Assembly: GCA_020052515.1 (NCBI GenBank)
Contig: JAGVOW010000016.1
Coordinates: forward strand, 162-64,161
Reading direction: 5' to 3'
DNA from: Brevinematales bacterium
Lineage (GTDB): Bacteria > Spirochaetota > Brevinematia > Brevinematales > JAOACQ01
Length of the DNA: 64,000 nucleotides
The notes under the pieces: model-generated
The model's input: only the letters and a program-made list of their open reading frames with translations
Told to the model about the DNA's origin: nothing
The model's database searches: none
Position numbers and translations under genes: made by a program
Shown here: piece by piece, positions 8,367-18,178 of the stretch
How positions within the stretch are numbered: position 1 is the first letter of the stretch
Layout of the letters: every line of letters begins with the position of its first letter

Positions 8367-8399
8367 TGCTTTTTATTGTTTTTTATGTAGGGGTAGGTT

Positions 8400-9371
8400 G
8401 TGGCAGTTTCTAATATAAAATTAATATCCGGCAGGGCTAATCCAATACTGGCGGAGAAAATAGCTTCTTATATAGGCCTTCATTTAGTGAACGTTTTGAT
8501 CACTGAGTTTGCTGACAGTGAGATTTTTGTTAAGATCGACGAGGATATCAGGGGTAAAGACGTATTTGTGATTCAGCCGACCTGCAATCCGGGTTATAAA
8601 AATTTAATGGAATTGCTCATTATTGTGGATGCTTTGAGAAGGGCCTCCGCGGACCGGATTACCGCGGTAATTCCTTATTTTGGCTATGCCCGCCAGGACA
8701 GAAAGGCTGAGCCGAGAGTTCCCATAACATCGAAACTGGTGGCTAATTTGTTGACAGTAGCAGGAGTAGACAGGATTTTAAGCCTTGATTTGCATGCGGC
8801 TCAGATACAGGGATTTTTTGACATACCGGTGGATCATCTTTACGCGACGCCTATTTTTCTGGAAACGTTAAAAGATAAAAAGGATCTTTCTAATTATATT
8901 GTGGTATCGCCGGATACCGGCGGAGTGGAGAGGTCTCGTTTTTTTGCCCGTCAGATCAACGCGAATATCGCTATTCTGGATAAGCGGCGTGAAAAGAAAA
9001 ATGAAGCGGAAGTAGTAAATCTGGTAGGAAACGTTGACGGAAAGAACGTGATTATGATTGATGATATGATTGATACAGCCGGGACTATTACTCAAGCCGC
9101 GAAGATTTTAAAAGAAAATGGGGCTTTAACGGTAGATGTTTACTCTACCCATGGAGTTCTTTCAGGCCCCGCGGCCGAAAGAATCCAGGCTTCTGTTATT
9201 GACAATCTTTATGTAACGGACTCAGTCCCGATAGATGAGAAGAAGAAAGAGATAATGGGGAAGAAGTTTCATGTCCTTTCGGTATGTGATTTGTTTGGCC
9301 AGGCCATTGAAAGGATCCATTTGAATTTGTCGGTAAGTTCATTGTTTGTATCGGAAAGTAAAGTAAAATAA
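8400..9371 (+). CDS. prs: Ribose-phosphate pyrophosphokinase
   Basis: 'DLHAAQIQGFFDIPVDHL', 'VVSPDTGGVERSR' and 'MIDDMIDTAGT'; GTG start. Confidence 0.9.
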   Translation: MAVSNIKLISGRANPILAEKIASYIGLHLVNVLITEFADSEIFVKIDEDIRGKDVFVIQPTCNPGYKNLMELLIIVDALRRASADRITAVIPYFGYARQDRKAEPRVPITSKLVANLLTVAGVDRILSLDLHAAQIQGFFDIPVDHLYATPIFLETLKDKKDLSNYIVVSPDTGGVERSRFFARQINANIAILDKRREKKNEAEVVNLVGNVDGKNVIMIDDMIDTAGTITQAAKILKENGALTVDVYSTHGVLSGPAAERIQASVIDNLYVTDSVPIDEKKKEIMGKKFHVLSVCDLFGQAIERIHLNLSVSSLFVSESKVK

Positions 9372-9401
9372 TAATTTGATTGCGAGCAGGAGGATTGTTT
9401 T

Positions 9402-9950
9402 ATGTCGCAAAGCGATTTTGTATTAAACGCGGAAGCAAGGGAAAAGGTTGGTAAAGCCAGCGCGAGATCGGTGAGAAGTTTGAAAAAACTGCCGGCTGTT
9501 GTTTACGGTCCGGAAATAAAGGATAATATTTACATCCTTATCGATTACAAGGAATTTGAGAAGGCTTTTAAAGCCTTTGGAAGGCACCATCCCCTTACCA
9601 TTTCTGTGGGAAAGAAGAAGTTAAGCGTGATTGTTAAAGATTACCGGATTCATCCAATATCCCGGGATTTTCTTCATGTTGATTTTTACGCTTACGCGCC
9701 TAAGAAACCTTTTACGACGGAAGTGCCTTTAAATTATCTTGGTACGCCTGTGGGAGTAAAAGAGGGCGGCGGGTTGTATGTTTTTGCGCGGAAGTTGAAA
9801 ATTAATACCGATATTGAAAACTTGCCAGCGGCTGTCGATGTTGATATTTCTCAACTGAAGATCAATCAATACCTTATTGTCAGGGATATCCAGAAGGGAA
9901 ATTATAAAATTTTGACCCATGAAGGCACAGCGTTAGTGGAAATTAAGTAG
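9402..9950 (+). CDS. rplY: 50S ribosomal protein L25/general stress protein Ctc
   Basis: 'REKVGKASARSVRSLKKLPAVVYG' L25 N-terminal pattern; conserved prs-rplY-pth order. Confidence 0.85.
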   Translation: MSQSDFVLNAEAREKVGKASARSVRSLKKLPAVVYGPEIKDNIYILIDYKEFEKAFKAFGRHHPLTISVGKKKLSVIVKDYRIHPISRDFLHVDFYAYAPKKPFTTEVPLNYLGTPVGVKEGGGLYVFARKLKINTDIENLPAAVDVDISQLKINQYLIVRDIQKGNYKILTHEGTALVEIK

Positions 9951-9970
9951 TTTTCTTTTGGAGGTTTTGT

Positions 9971-10531
9971 TTGAAGCTGGTGGTAGGCCTTGGTAATCCA
10001 GGCGAAACCTATGAAGGAACGAGACACAATCTGGGATTTATGGTTCTTGACAGATTGGCTGCACGTTATGGTACCTTTGTAGATACAAAAAAAAAGAAGT
10101 CTATGATTGGCCGGTTTAGAATCGGGAAAGAAAGGGTGATGCTCTTGAAACCGCAAACCTTTGTGAATTTGAGCGGAGAAGCGGTTCTCTATATGGCCAG
10201 TTTTCTGCGGATTATGCCGGAAAATATAGTGGTTGTATGTGATGATGTAAATTTGCCGCTGGGAAAAATCCGTATTCGGAAATATGGCTCCAGCGGAGGG
10301 CATAATGGTGTGAAATCCCTGATTCAATTTTTGAGGTCCGATAATTTTCCACGAGTAAGGATTGGTGTGGGTGCTCCTCCCGAACATGAAAAGATGGAAG
10401 ATTTTGTGCTGGGGAAATTTTCGGGAGAGGAGTTAGGTATTTTAGAGCCTTCTTTGACAAAGGCGTGTGAAGCGATAGAAATGATCATTAATGGCGAAAT
10501 GGACAACGCGATGAATCTTTATAATACTTAG
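9971..10531 (+). CDS. pth: Peptidyl-tRNA hydrolase
   Basis: 'LVVGLGNPGETYEGTRHNLGF' and 'GGHNGVKS'; TTG start. Confidence 0.9.
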   Translation: MKLVVGLGNPGETYEGTRHNLGFMVLDRLAARYGTFVDTKKKKSMIGRFRIGKERVMLLKPQTFVNLSGEAVLYMASFLRIMPENIVVVCDDVNLPLGKIRIRKYGSSGGHNGVKSLIQFLRSDNFPRVRIGVGAPPEHEKMEDFVLGKFSGEELGILEPSLTKACEAIEMIINGEMDNAMNLYNT

Positions 10532-10558
10532 CTATTTAGCCTTACCCCCGGAGAGGGG

Positions 10559-12019
10559 GTGAAAGACAAAGATATGAAAGATAAAAATCGCCTTTCGGTG
10601 ATAGAAAAAAATGTTTTAGATACAATTCAGGATTTTTGCTTGATTCGAAAAGGGGAGAAAGTATTGATAGCCCTTTCCGGGGGTGCGGATTCTGTTTTTT
10701 TGGCCTATCTACTTTGTGCTTATTCAAAACAGCTCAACATCTCAATTGCGGTTTGCCATGTGAATCACCATCTCAGAGGAGAAGAGAGTAAAAGAGATCA
10801 GGAATTCTCAGAAGCTTATGCAAAGAAATTGGGATTATCTTTTTTTCTGAAAGATGTGGATGTAAATGCCTATTCTTGTGAAAGAAAATTATCTATAGAA
10901 ACCGCTGCCCGGGAAGTTCGTTATCGGGCTCTGGATGAGGTTTTTCAGGAGGGTGGTTTTGATAAAATAGCTACGGCACACCACCTGGATGATCTTTCCG
11001 AAACATTTTTTTTTAGAATTCTGAAAGGCGCGGGGATAACTTCCCTTGCCGCGATTCCTATTCAAAGAGGCCCCATTATTCGGCCGATTCTTTTTGTTTC
11101 CAGAAGCGAAATAGAATTTTACCTTTCCGAAAAATCGATTTCCTATGTCGAAGATTCTTCCAATCAGGATGAACGGCATGACAGAAATTATCTGAGGAAG
11201 AATATAATTCCTTTGTTGGCGAATAGATTTCCAGCGTTTCGGGAGAAGATTGCTGAACTTTACAAAACTATTTTTCTGGAAGAAGAAGTTTGGGATGGCC
11301 TCTTAGAGCCGCTCTGGTCAAAATGTGAAATAAGAGAAAATCAATTGATTGTAAATAAAGCTATTTTTTCTCAAGGAAAGCCTATTCATCAGGCTCTTAC
11401 CCGGAGGTTTTTCCGGCAGGTCATTCAGTCTTTTCTGGATAGATCTTTTTATCCCAATGGAAAAATGCTGGACAAAGTCATTTCTTTTACCAATCGCAGA
11501 AAGGGGAATAAAACGATCTTTAAAAATCCTTTTTTTCGTATTCTTTCTTCTTACGAATTGTTTATTTTTGAAAAAGACTATAAAAAATTTCCTAATCCTT
11601 CAAAATATGTTAAACTAAGAGATAGTTTAAAATTCTACGCTGGAAGAGAATTTGCCTTGTTTTCAGGGTTTTCCCCAGAAATATTTCCCGGCCCTGATTT
11701 TTGCGTTTTTAATGGAGAGGGACTGGAAGGAATATTTGCCAGAGGCAAGGAAGCAGGTGATAGAATCCAGATTAAGGATGGCCGAAGCAAAAAATTAAAG
11801 CATTTTTTCATTGATCGAAAGTTTAGTGTGATTCAGAGAGAAGAAGCTGTTGTTTTTGAAGCTGTTGGAACAGAAAAAACCGGGGAATCTGGCAAGATTA
11901 TAGCGGTTTTTGTGCCGGGCTTTGGTTTTAGGGTTTCGCGGGATTTTTATGTTTTAAAGAATCAAAAAGCGGATGTCTGGCGTTTAGAACCCACCCCTAA
12001 TCCCTCCACGGGAGGGTAG
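10559..12019 (+). CDS. tilS: tRNA(Ile)-lysidine synthetase
   Basis: PP-loop 'LSGGADSVFL' and 'ATAHHLDD'. The first and last codons run into GC-rich hairpin repeats, so the exact ends are uncertain (alternative ATG at 10574). Confidence 0.8.
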   Translation: MKDKDMKDKNRLSVIEKNVLDTIQDFCLIRKGEKVLIALSGGADSVFLAYLLCAYSKQLNISIAVCHVNHHLRGEESKRDQEFSEAYAKKLGLSFFLKDVDVNAYSCERKLSIETAAREVRYRALDEVFQEGGFDKIATAHHLDDLSETFFFRILKGAGITSLAAIPIQRGPIIRPILFVSRSEIEFYLSEKSISYVEDSSNQDERHDRNYLRKNIIPLLANRFPAFREKIAELYKTIFLEEEVWDGLLEPLWSKCEIRENQLIVNKAIFSQGKPIHQALTRRFFRQVIQSFLDRSFYPNGKMLDKVISFTNRRKGNKTIFKNPFFRILSSYELFIFEKDYKKFPNPSKYVKLRDSLKFYAGREFALFSGFSPEIFPGPDFCVFNGEGLEGIFARGKEAGDRIQIKDGRSKKLKHFFIDRKFSVIQREEAVVFEAVGTEKTGESGKIIAVFVPGFGFRVSRDFYVLKNQKADVWRLEPTPNPSTGG

Positions 12020-12034
12020 AAGTTAAGGTAGATT

Positions 12035-12568
12035 ATGTTTGAAATAAAAAAACTTTTTTCGGAAGAGCAAATCGCCAGGCGAGTAAAAGAGCTGGCAAAC
12101 CAGATTGAAAAGGACATGGACAATGAAGAGTTTGTACTGGTTGCCAATTTGAAGGGTTCTTTTATCTTTTTTTCCGACTTAATCAGAAGCATGGAACGTC
12201 AGGACATTGAGATTGACTTTGTTTCTACAGAAAGCTATGAAGGAGAATCTTCTTCCGGTGTCATTAAGATGACACGGGATTTAAGCCTGGACATCCGGGA
12301 TAAGAAAGTGATATTGGTAGAGGATATCGTTGATACGGGCTTGACTCTTTCTCATCTCATTCATTATATTAAAGAGGCGCATCAGCCCAAAGAGATGAGG
12401 TTTTGTGTTTTGCTGGATAAGCCTTCAAAAAGGAAAACAGATGTAAAAATGGACTATGTTGGTTTTACGGTAGAGGATTATTTTGTTATTGGGTATGGAC
12501 TGGATTATCAAGAGAAATTCAGAAACCTTCCCTATATTGGATTTTTAACGGGCGAATATAAAGAATAA
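12035..12568 (+). CDS. hpt: Hypoxanthine phosphoribosyltransferase
   Basis: 'VILVEDIVDTGLTLSHL' PRPP-binding motif; tilS-hpt-ftsH synteny. Confidence 0.85.
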   Translation: MFEIKKLFSEEQIARRVKELANQIEKDMDNEEFVLVANLKGSFIFFSDLIRSMERQDIEIDFVSTESYEGESSSGVIKMTRDLSLDIRDKKVILVEDIVDTGLTLSHLIHYIKEAHQPKEMRFCVLLDKPSKRKTDVKMDYVGFTVEDYFVIGYGLDYQEKFRNLPYIGFLTGEYKE

Positions 12569-12577
12569 GGGGTAATT

Positions 12578-14488
12578 ATGTCAAAAAATAAAGGCGGCAA
12601 GAATAAGAAAACGATCTTGCCGGTTGAAGAAGAGAAGCAGGGCAGGTATTTTGGGATCTTTTTGTTGATATTATTGGGAATATTTGTATTTTTGTTTCTC
12701 AATGGGGCTCCAAAGGAAACGGTGTTTTCTTATTCTTCTTTTCTTAATCACATTCAAAATGACAGTGTTTCCAGAGTGGTCATAGAAGGCCAGAATATTA
12801 AAGGTTTTTTTAAAGAACCGATCAACGGAGTGCGGGATTTTCGTACGATACTTCCGCTCGATGATATGACTCTCCTGCCGCTTCTAAAAGATCACCACAT
12901 AGATATAGTGGGAGAAAGGGTTAAGGATGCTTATGGCGGAGGGTATTTCTGGTGGATGATCATCATTTCTGCGGTCATGTTTATCTTCTGGATATTTATT
13001 ATCCGTGGAATGCAGGGCGGTGATCCGGGAAGGGCTTTTTCTTTCGGAAGAAGCAAAGCCAGAATGCATAAAGAAGTGAATAATAAAGTAGTTTTTAACG
13101 ATGTCGCGGGCTGCGAGGAAGCCAAGCAGGATCTGGCTGAAATTGTTGAATTCTTGAAGAATCCAAAAAAGTTTACCGCTCTGGGAGCGCGTATTCCTAA
13201 GGGAGTATTGCTGGTAGGCGCGCCTGGCACAGGAAAAACACTTCTGGCAAAGGCTGTAGCAGGAGAAGCGGATGTGCCTTTCTTCAGCGTGAGCGGTTCT
13301 GAGTTTGTGGAAATGTTTGTAGGCGTGGGAGCTGCCCGAGTAAGGGATTTGTTCGCTCAGGGTAGAAAAAGCGCGCCCTGTATTATATTCGTCGATGAGC
13401 TGGACGCAGTAGGGCGCTCGAGAGGCGCAGGCCTGGGTGGTTCGCATGACGAGAGGGAGCAGACTCTCAATCAGATATTGGTGGAAATGGATGGGTTTGA
13501 TTCTTCGGAGGGACTCATTATTCTCGCGGCTACCAACCGGCCGGATATATTGGATGTAGCTCTCACCAGGCCCGGAAGATTTGACAGGGATGTGGTGGTT
13601 GATAAGCCGGATGTGAAAGCACGGGAAGCAATCTTGAAAATTCATACCCGTAAAGTGCCTGTGGAAGAGGGAGTCGATTTTACTACTCTGGCAAAAGGGA
13701 CTCCTGGGATGACCGGGGCCGATCTGGAAAATATGGTAAATGAAGCGGCGCTCCGGGCAGCGAGAGAAAATAGAAAGAAAGTTATTATGGAAGACTTTGA
13801 GTTTGCGAAAGATAAGGTAAGAATGGGGCCCGAACGCAGAAGCCTGGTTCTTACAGAAGAAGATAAACTGACGACAGCTTACCATGAGGCGGGGCATGCT
13901 ATTTTAGGGCATATTCTTCCCTTAGTGGACCCTATTCATAAAATCACCATTATTCCAAGGGGCAGTGCCCTGGGAGTAACCTATTTCCTCCCGTTGGATG
14001 AAAAGAAAAGCCAGATAAAGGGAAAAGTTTTACAGGAAATTGTAGTCGCTTTAGGCGGTAGGGCCGCCGAAGAGCTGAAATTCGGCAAGGAATGGATTTC
14101 TTCCGGGGCTACAGGCGATATTGAGGTTGTAACGAAATACGCAAACGCTATGGTCTGCGAATGGGGCATGAGCGATGTTTTAGGCCCTGTGAAATATGGT
14201 GAAAAAGAAGGTCCTATATTTCTGGGCAAAGATTTAGTTACCCACAAGAATTTCAGCGAAAAAATCCATGAGATTATTGACGCGGAAGTGGGTAGGATTA
14301 TTGGAGAGGCGTACGTCAAGGCTGTAAAGCTCTTGAAAGAAAATTTGAAAAAATTAGATTTGTTAGCTGAAAAACTTCTCGAAAAGGAAGTGTTAAACAG
14401 CGATGAAATATCGGAATTGCTGGGGAAAATAGATAAGAGGCGGTTTCCCATCCTGGATAAAATAGGCAAAAAGCCGAAGGAGCAGTAA
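12578..14488 (+). CDS. ftsH: ATP-dependent zinc metalloprotease FtsH
   Basis: Two N-terminal TM segments, Walker A 'GAPGTGKT', SRH region and zinc site 'HEAGHA'. Confidence 0.95.
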   Translation: MSKNKGGKNKKTILPVEEEKQGRYFGIFLLILLGIFVFLFLNGAPKETVFSYSSFLNHIQNDSVSRVVIEGQNIKGFFKEPINGVRDFRTILPLDDMTLLPLLKDHHIDIVGERVKDAYGGGYFWWMIIISAVMFIFWIFIIRGMQGGDPGRAFSFGRSKARMHKEVNNKVVFNDVAGCEEAKQDLAEIVEFLKNPKKFTALGARIPKGVLLVGAPGTGKTLLAKAVAGEADVPFFSVSGSEFVEMFVGVGAARVRDLFAQGRKSAPCIIFVDELDAVGRSRGAGLGGSHDEREQTLNQILVEMDGFDSSEGLIILAATNRPDILDVALTRPGRFDRDVVVDKPDVKAREAILKIHTRKVPVEEGVDFTTLAKGTPGMTGADLENMVNEAALRAARENRKKVIMEDFEFAKDKVRMGPERRSLVLTEEDKLTTAYHEAGHAILGHILPLVDPIHKITIIPRGSALGVTYFLPLDEKKSQIKGKVLQEIVVALGGRAAEELKFGKEWISSGATGDIEVVTKYANAMVCEWGMSDVLGPVKYGEKEGPIFLGKDLVTHKNFSEKIHEIIDAEVGRIIGEAYVKAVKLLKENLKKLDLLAEKLLEKEVLNSDEISELLGKIDKRRFPILDKIGKKPKEQ

Positions 14489-14512
14489 TTATAGGAGAAA
14501 GGAGGAAGCAAT

Positions 14513-15475
14513 TTGAACGCCGTAAGCCAGAATGTAAAAAATATTAAAGCGGAAATGAGAAAAGCGGTGGTTGGGCAGGAAGGGATTATTGATTTCCTTT
14601 TGATTACATTGCTTGCTGAAAGCCATGCGATTATTGAGGGAGTACCGGGTCTGGCCAAAACGCTGATTATTAATAGCCTGGCTAAAACGCTAAATTTGTC
14701 TTTTAACCGAATTCAGTTTACTCCTGATTTGGTTCCTTCTGATATTACGGGGACGGAAATTATTCATATTTCCCGCGATGGGGAAAAGGATTTTCGTTTT
14801 GTCAAAGGGCCTATATTTTCACAGCTTGTTTTAGCTGATGAGATTAACCGGACTCCTCCGAAGACTCAGTCCGCTCTTCTTCAGGCGATGCAGGAAAAGA
14901 AGGTGACTATTCTGGGGAATACACGTACTTTACCGGAACCCTTCTGTGTTTTTGCTACTCAGAACCCTATCGAATACGAAGGTACCTACCCGCTTCCCGA
15001 AGCTCAGCTGGACCGTTTTCTCCTGCATATTGATATTGATTATCCCAGCAGGGATCAGGAGATGCAGATTGTTGATATGATTTCTCATAGCATTGAAGAT
15101 ATTAAGCCGGTAGTGGAAAAAGACGATTTAGTCGAAATGCTGAAAGCGCAGAGCTCTGTTTTAGTATCTGACAAGGTAAAAGATTACGTTGTTGACATTG
15201 TTAGAAATACAAGGCCGGATGGGACAGTACTGGATTTGGTAAAAAAGCATGTCAAATGGGGCGCTGGGCCGCGGGCCTCTCAATTGCTGGTAAAAGCGGC
15301 GATAGCCCATGCGTTTATCCGGGGAGCAAAAATGGTTGAGAAAGAAGATGTGGATCATCTTTTGGTTCCTGCCTTGAAGCACCGTCTCATTCTAAATTAC
15401 CAAACTCTTTCGGAGGGATTTAAGGTAGGAGATGTCATTGCGGCGGTCAAAAAAAGCAGTGAGGCAAAATTATGA
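14513..15475 (+). CDS. MoxR-family AAA+ ATPase
   Basis: 'GVPGLAKT', 'LADEINRTPPKTQSALLQAMQE' and 'FATQNPIEYEGTYPLPEAQLDRF'; TTG start. Confidence 0.85.
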   Translation: MNAVSQNVKNIKAEMRKAVVGQEGIIDFLLITLLAESHAIIEGVPGLAKTLIINSLAKTLNLSFNRIQFTPDLVPSDITGTEIIHISRDGEKDFRFVKGPIFSQLVLADEINRTPPKTQSALLQAMQEKKVTILGNTRTLPEPFCVFATQNPIEYEGTYPLPEAQLDRFLLHIDIDYPSRDQEMQIVDMISHSIEDIKPVVEKDDLVEMLKAQSSVLVSDKVKDYVVDIVRNTRPDGTVLDLVKKHVKWGAGPRASQLLVKAAIAHAFIRGAKMVEKEDVDHLLVPALKHRLILNYQTLSEGFKVGDVIAAVKKSSEAKL

Positions 15476-15492
15476 AAAGAATTTTTAAATTT

Positions 15493-15527
15493 GTCATTCT
15501 GAACCATTCGACTTCGCTCAGGATGAT
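15493..15527. repeat. Dispersed repeat family B copy
   Basis: gtcattctgaaccaTTCGACTTCGCTCAggatgat. It shares an exact 14-mer with 40848-40871 and the pattern ttcgaNNNNNNctcagga with 62796-62817. Confidence 0.8.
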
Positions 15528-16245
15528 AGCCGCGGTTTTCTTTTTGATCTATCTTTTTTTATTTTCGTCTGCTTTCTCGAAATCTCTCTGGGACAATGGT
15601 TTTAATGTATACAAGGTTTATATTAATCCGGGCGATATTGTTCAAATTAAGTTTTCGGAAAAGACGGTTTTAAAATACCGATTGGAGGAAAGACAGAACA
15701 ATTATCAGGCAAAAAAAGGCAGAAAGGGGGAAGGCGATTTATTCAATTTTTTTCCTAGCGCCGCTGTAAATGAAAATGATACGGTGAGAAATCAAAACAC
15801 CGTTTCAGTGAATAATGAAAACCAGTTTGTTATTCCAGCCAGGGTGAAGTCAGTAGAAAATAATACCGTTATGATAGAAGGTGTAAATAACAGTTTGATT
15901 AACGGCGAGTATTTTAAAATAGAAATAGGCGGTGAATGTAGTCTTTCCGCTATCAAGCCGGATGGATTTATTCATTCCACGGATATTTATAATCTGGATT
16001 TTAAAATCTATAGAGAATCTCCCACCAACACCGCTTTCTTTAACGAAAATGACCTTTCTTTCCAGTCTAATTATACCGAGATTTTGACTAATCAAGTGTA
16101 TGACACGAATAGCCGCTTGACCAATACGGTACTTACCACCAATTTTTCTTCTGTGAAAATGGAATTCAAGGGGCTTAAGGACAGTAAGAAAAAGGAAATC
16201 ATTCTCAATTATTTGAATTTTATTATTCATTCTCTTTTTAGATAG
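15523..16245 (+). CDS. Secreted protein, tentatively FlgH-like (flagellar L-ring family)
   Basis: Signal peptide 'MIAAVFFLIYLFLFSSAFS' followed by 'SLWDN...NPGDIVQIKFSE' and 'VIPARVKSVENNTVMIEGVNNSLINGEYFKIEIGG'. These echo the FlgH 'SLF..vGDi.tV.i.E' and 'NGnL.i.Gek...n.e...i.lsG' patterns. The similarity is weak. The ORF is open from 15472, but that stretch is a dispersed repeat. Confidence 0.3.
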   Translation: MIAAVFFLIYLFLFSSAFSKSLWDNGFNVYKVYINPGDIVQIKFSEKTVLKYRLEERQNNYQAKKGRKGEGDLFNFFPSAAVNENDTVRNQNTVSVNNENQFVIPARVKSVENNTVMIEGVNNSLINGEYFKIEIGGECSLSAIKPDGFIHSTDIYNLDFKIYRESPTNTAFFNENDLSFQSNYTEILTNQVYDTNSRLTNTVLTTNFSSVKMEFKGLKDSKKKEIILNYLNFIIHSLFR

Positions 16246-16277
16246 TGTGGGTTTACCTAGTGTTTACTGGAGGAATC

Positions 16278-18164
16278 ATGCTTGAGAAAGTCAATAGTCC
16301 ACAGGATATAAAAGAATTAAGCTTGTCTGAGCTTCAGCAATTGGCACAGGAAATCAGGGATTTCTTGATTGAAAATGTGACGCAAACAGGAGGCCACCTT
16401 TCTCCGAATCTGGGCGTAGTGGAACTCACCCTTGCGCTTCATTATATTTTTGACTACCCGAAGGACGAATTAATCTGGGATGTGGGCCATCAATCTTACG
16501 TGCACAAAATCCTGACGGGGAGGAAAGACCGCTTTCAGACGCTTCGGATGAAAGATGGCTTGAGCGGTTATCCTTCTCCCGCTGAAAGCAGTTACGACGT
16601 GATCCACGCTGGCCATAGCTCTACTTCGCTTTCCATTGCTGCCGGTATAGCTAAAGCCAGGCTTTTAAATAAAGAGGAAGGCAGTACGGTAGCGATTATC
16701 GGCGACGGCGCTTTTTCTGGAGGGCTTGTATATGAGGCATTGAACACGATTTCTCATGACCATCTGCCGGTTATTATTGTTTTAAATGATAATGGCATGT
16801 CTATTTCTCAAAATGTGGGTGGTATGTCCAGGTATTTGACAAAGCTCAAAACATCAAATTCTTACCTGCATTTTAAAAGAAGCTTAGAAAAATTGTTGAA
16901 TAAAAGAATTCCGATTGTCGGGCGGCGCCTCCTCTCCGCTTTTTACTTTTTTAAAGAGTTTTTTAAATCTATTTTGATGAAAAAAAATTTCTTTGAAGAC
17001 ATGGGGATCAGTTACTATGGGCCTATTGACGGGCATGACTTAAAGAAACTGATTTCGACTTTCCGGGAAGTGAAAGGAATAAACAAACCGATTATAATTC
17101 ACGCTATTACCACAAAAGGGAAAGGATATCAGCCTTCAGAGGATGATCCGGGCCATTACCATGGCATTTCAGGTATTTCGATCAATGGCGATAATACTAT
17201 TCCTCTGGAAAAAGAAAATCCCGGCTATTCGGCGATTTTTGGCGAGACATTGCTGGAAATCGCGGGGAAGGATGATAGAGTATTCGCGCTTACTGCTTCT
17301 ATGAAAACGGGAACAGGGCTTAAAGCTTTCGCGGAAAAATTTCCAGATCGTTTTTCTGATGTTGGGATCGCGGAAGAACATGCGGTCGATTACGCTTTAG
17401 GGCTTTCTCTTAAAGGCTACAAGCCTGTAGTGGCAATCTACTCTACTTTTTTACAGAGAAGTTTTGATCAGCTGATTCATGACGTTGGTATATCGAACGC
17501 GAAAATCCTTTTTTGCATAGATAGAGCTGGGCTAGTCCCCGGGGATGGAGAGACGCATCAGGGTGTTTTTGATATTTCTTATCTGCGAATGATTCCTCAT
17601 TTTACAGTTATGCTGCCTGCCTGCAAAACGGAATTCCAGATGATGCTTTCTTATTCACTGGAAAAATTAAACTCACCAATAGCCATCCGCTATCCGAAGG
17701 ATGAAGCATTTGATTTCCAGAAATACCCGGCCAGGAATTATCCTATCGTAATGGGTGAAGGTGTGTTGGTAAGCAAAGGAAAAGACTTGATACTTGTTTC
17801 TACGGGTAGTTTGCTCAAAGAAGCGCTGATGGTGAGGAAATTATTACAGAAAGAAAATATTGATGTGGAGTTGTTTAATTTACGATTCGCGAAGCCGATA
17901 AGTAATCATGGAATAAATTATTTTGCCGAAAATAGTAATAAGGCTGTATTAATAATAGAGGAAGGGGTTTTTAATGGGGGAATTTCTCAATATTTGTCTG
18001 TTGAAATTCAAAAAGTAAATCCTGCAAAAAGGGTTTACTCTATTGCTTTGCCGGATGAATTTCCCTCCATTGGTACCCGGGATGAATTGCTCAATGATTA
18101 TGGTTTGAGTGCTTTAAAGATAAAGAATGAGATTCTCTCTATTTTAAAAGAAGGCAATAGATAA
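16278..18164 (+). CDS. dxs: 1-deoxy-D-xylulose-5-phosphate synthase
   Basis: 'GHQSYVHKILTGR' and 'IGDGAFSGG'. GGAGGA lies 5 nt upstream of the ATG at 16278. Confidence 0.9.
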   Translation: MLEKVNSPQDIKELSLSELQQLAQEIRDFLIENVTQTGGHLSPNLGVVELTLALHYIFDYPKDELIWDVGHQSYVHKILTGRKDRFQTLRMKDGLSGYPSPAESSYDVIHAGHSSTSLSIAAGIAKARLLNKEEGSTVAIIGDGAFSGGLVYEALNTISHDHLPVIIVLNDNGMSISQNVGGMSRYLTKLKTSNSYLHFKRSLEKLLNKRIPIVGRRLLSAFYFFKEFFKSILMKKNFFEDMGISYYGPIDGHDLKKLISTFREVKGINKPIIIHAITTKGKGYQPSEDDPGHYHGISGISINGDNTIPLEKENPGYSAIFGETLLEIAGKDDRVFALTASMKTGTGLKAFAEKFPDRFSDVGIAEEHAVDYALGLSLKGYKPVVAIYSTFLQRSFDQLIHDVGISNAKILFCIDRAGLVPGDGETHQGVFDISYLRMIPHFTVMLPACKTEFQMMLSYSLEKLNSPIAIRYPKDEAFDFQKYPARNYPIVMGEGVLVSKGKDLILVSTGSLLKEALMVRKLLQKENIDVELFNLRFAKPISNHGINYFAENSNKAVLIIEEGVFNGGISQYLSVEIQKVNPAKRVYSIALPDEFPSIGTRDELLNDYGLSALKIKNEILSILKEGNR

Positions 18165-18178
18165 ATTTAGGATAAAAA

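Noticed and set aside
9902-10387. 161-aa ORF antisense to pth
   Set aside because: It is a shadow ORF inside the well supported pth CDS.
12884-13897. 337-aa ORF antisense to ftsH (plus 12931..13230 and 13981..14658 on the same strand)
   Set aside because: It lies entirely inside the unambiguous ftsH CDS, has low-complexity Ser/Pro/Arg-rich composition, and has no RBS or recognisable motif. It is a shadow ORF of a codon-biased gene.
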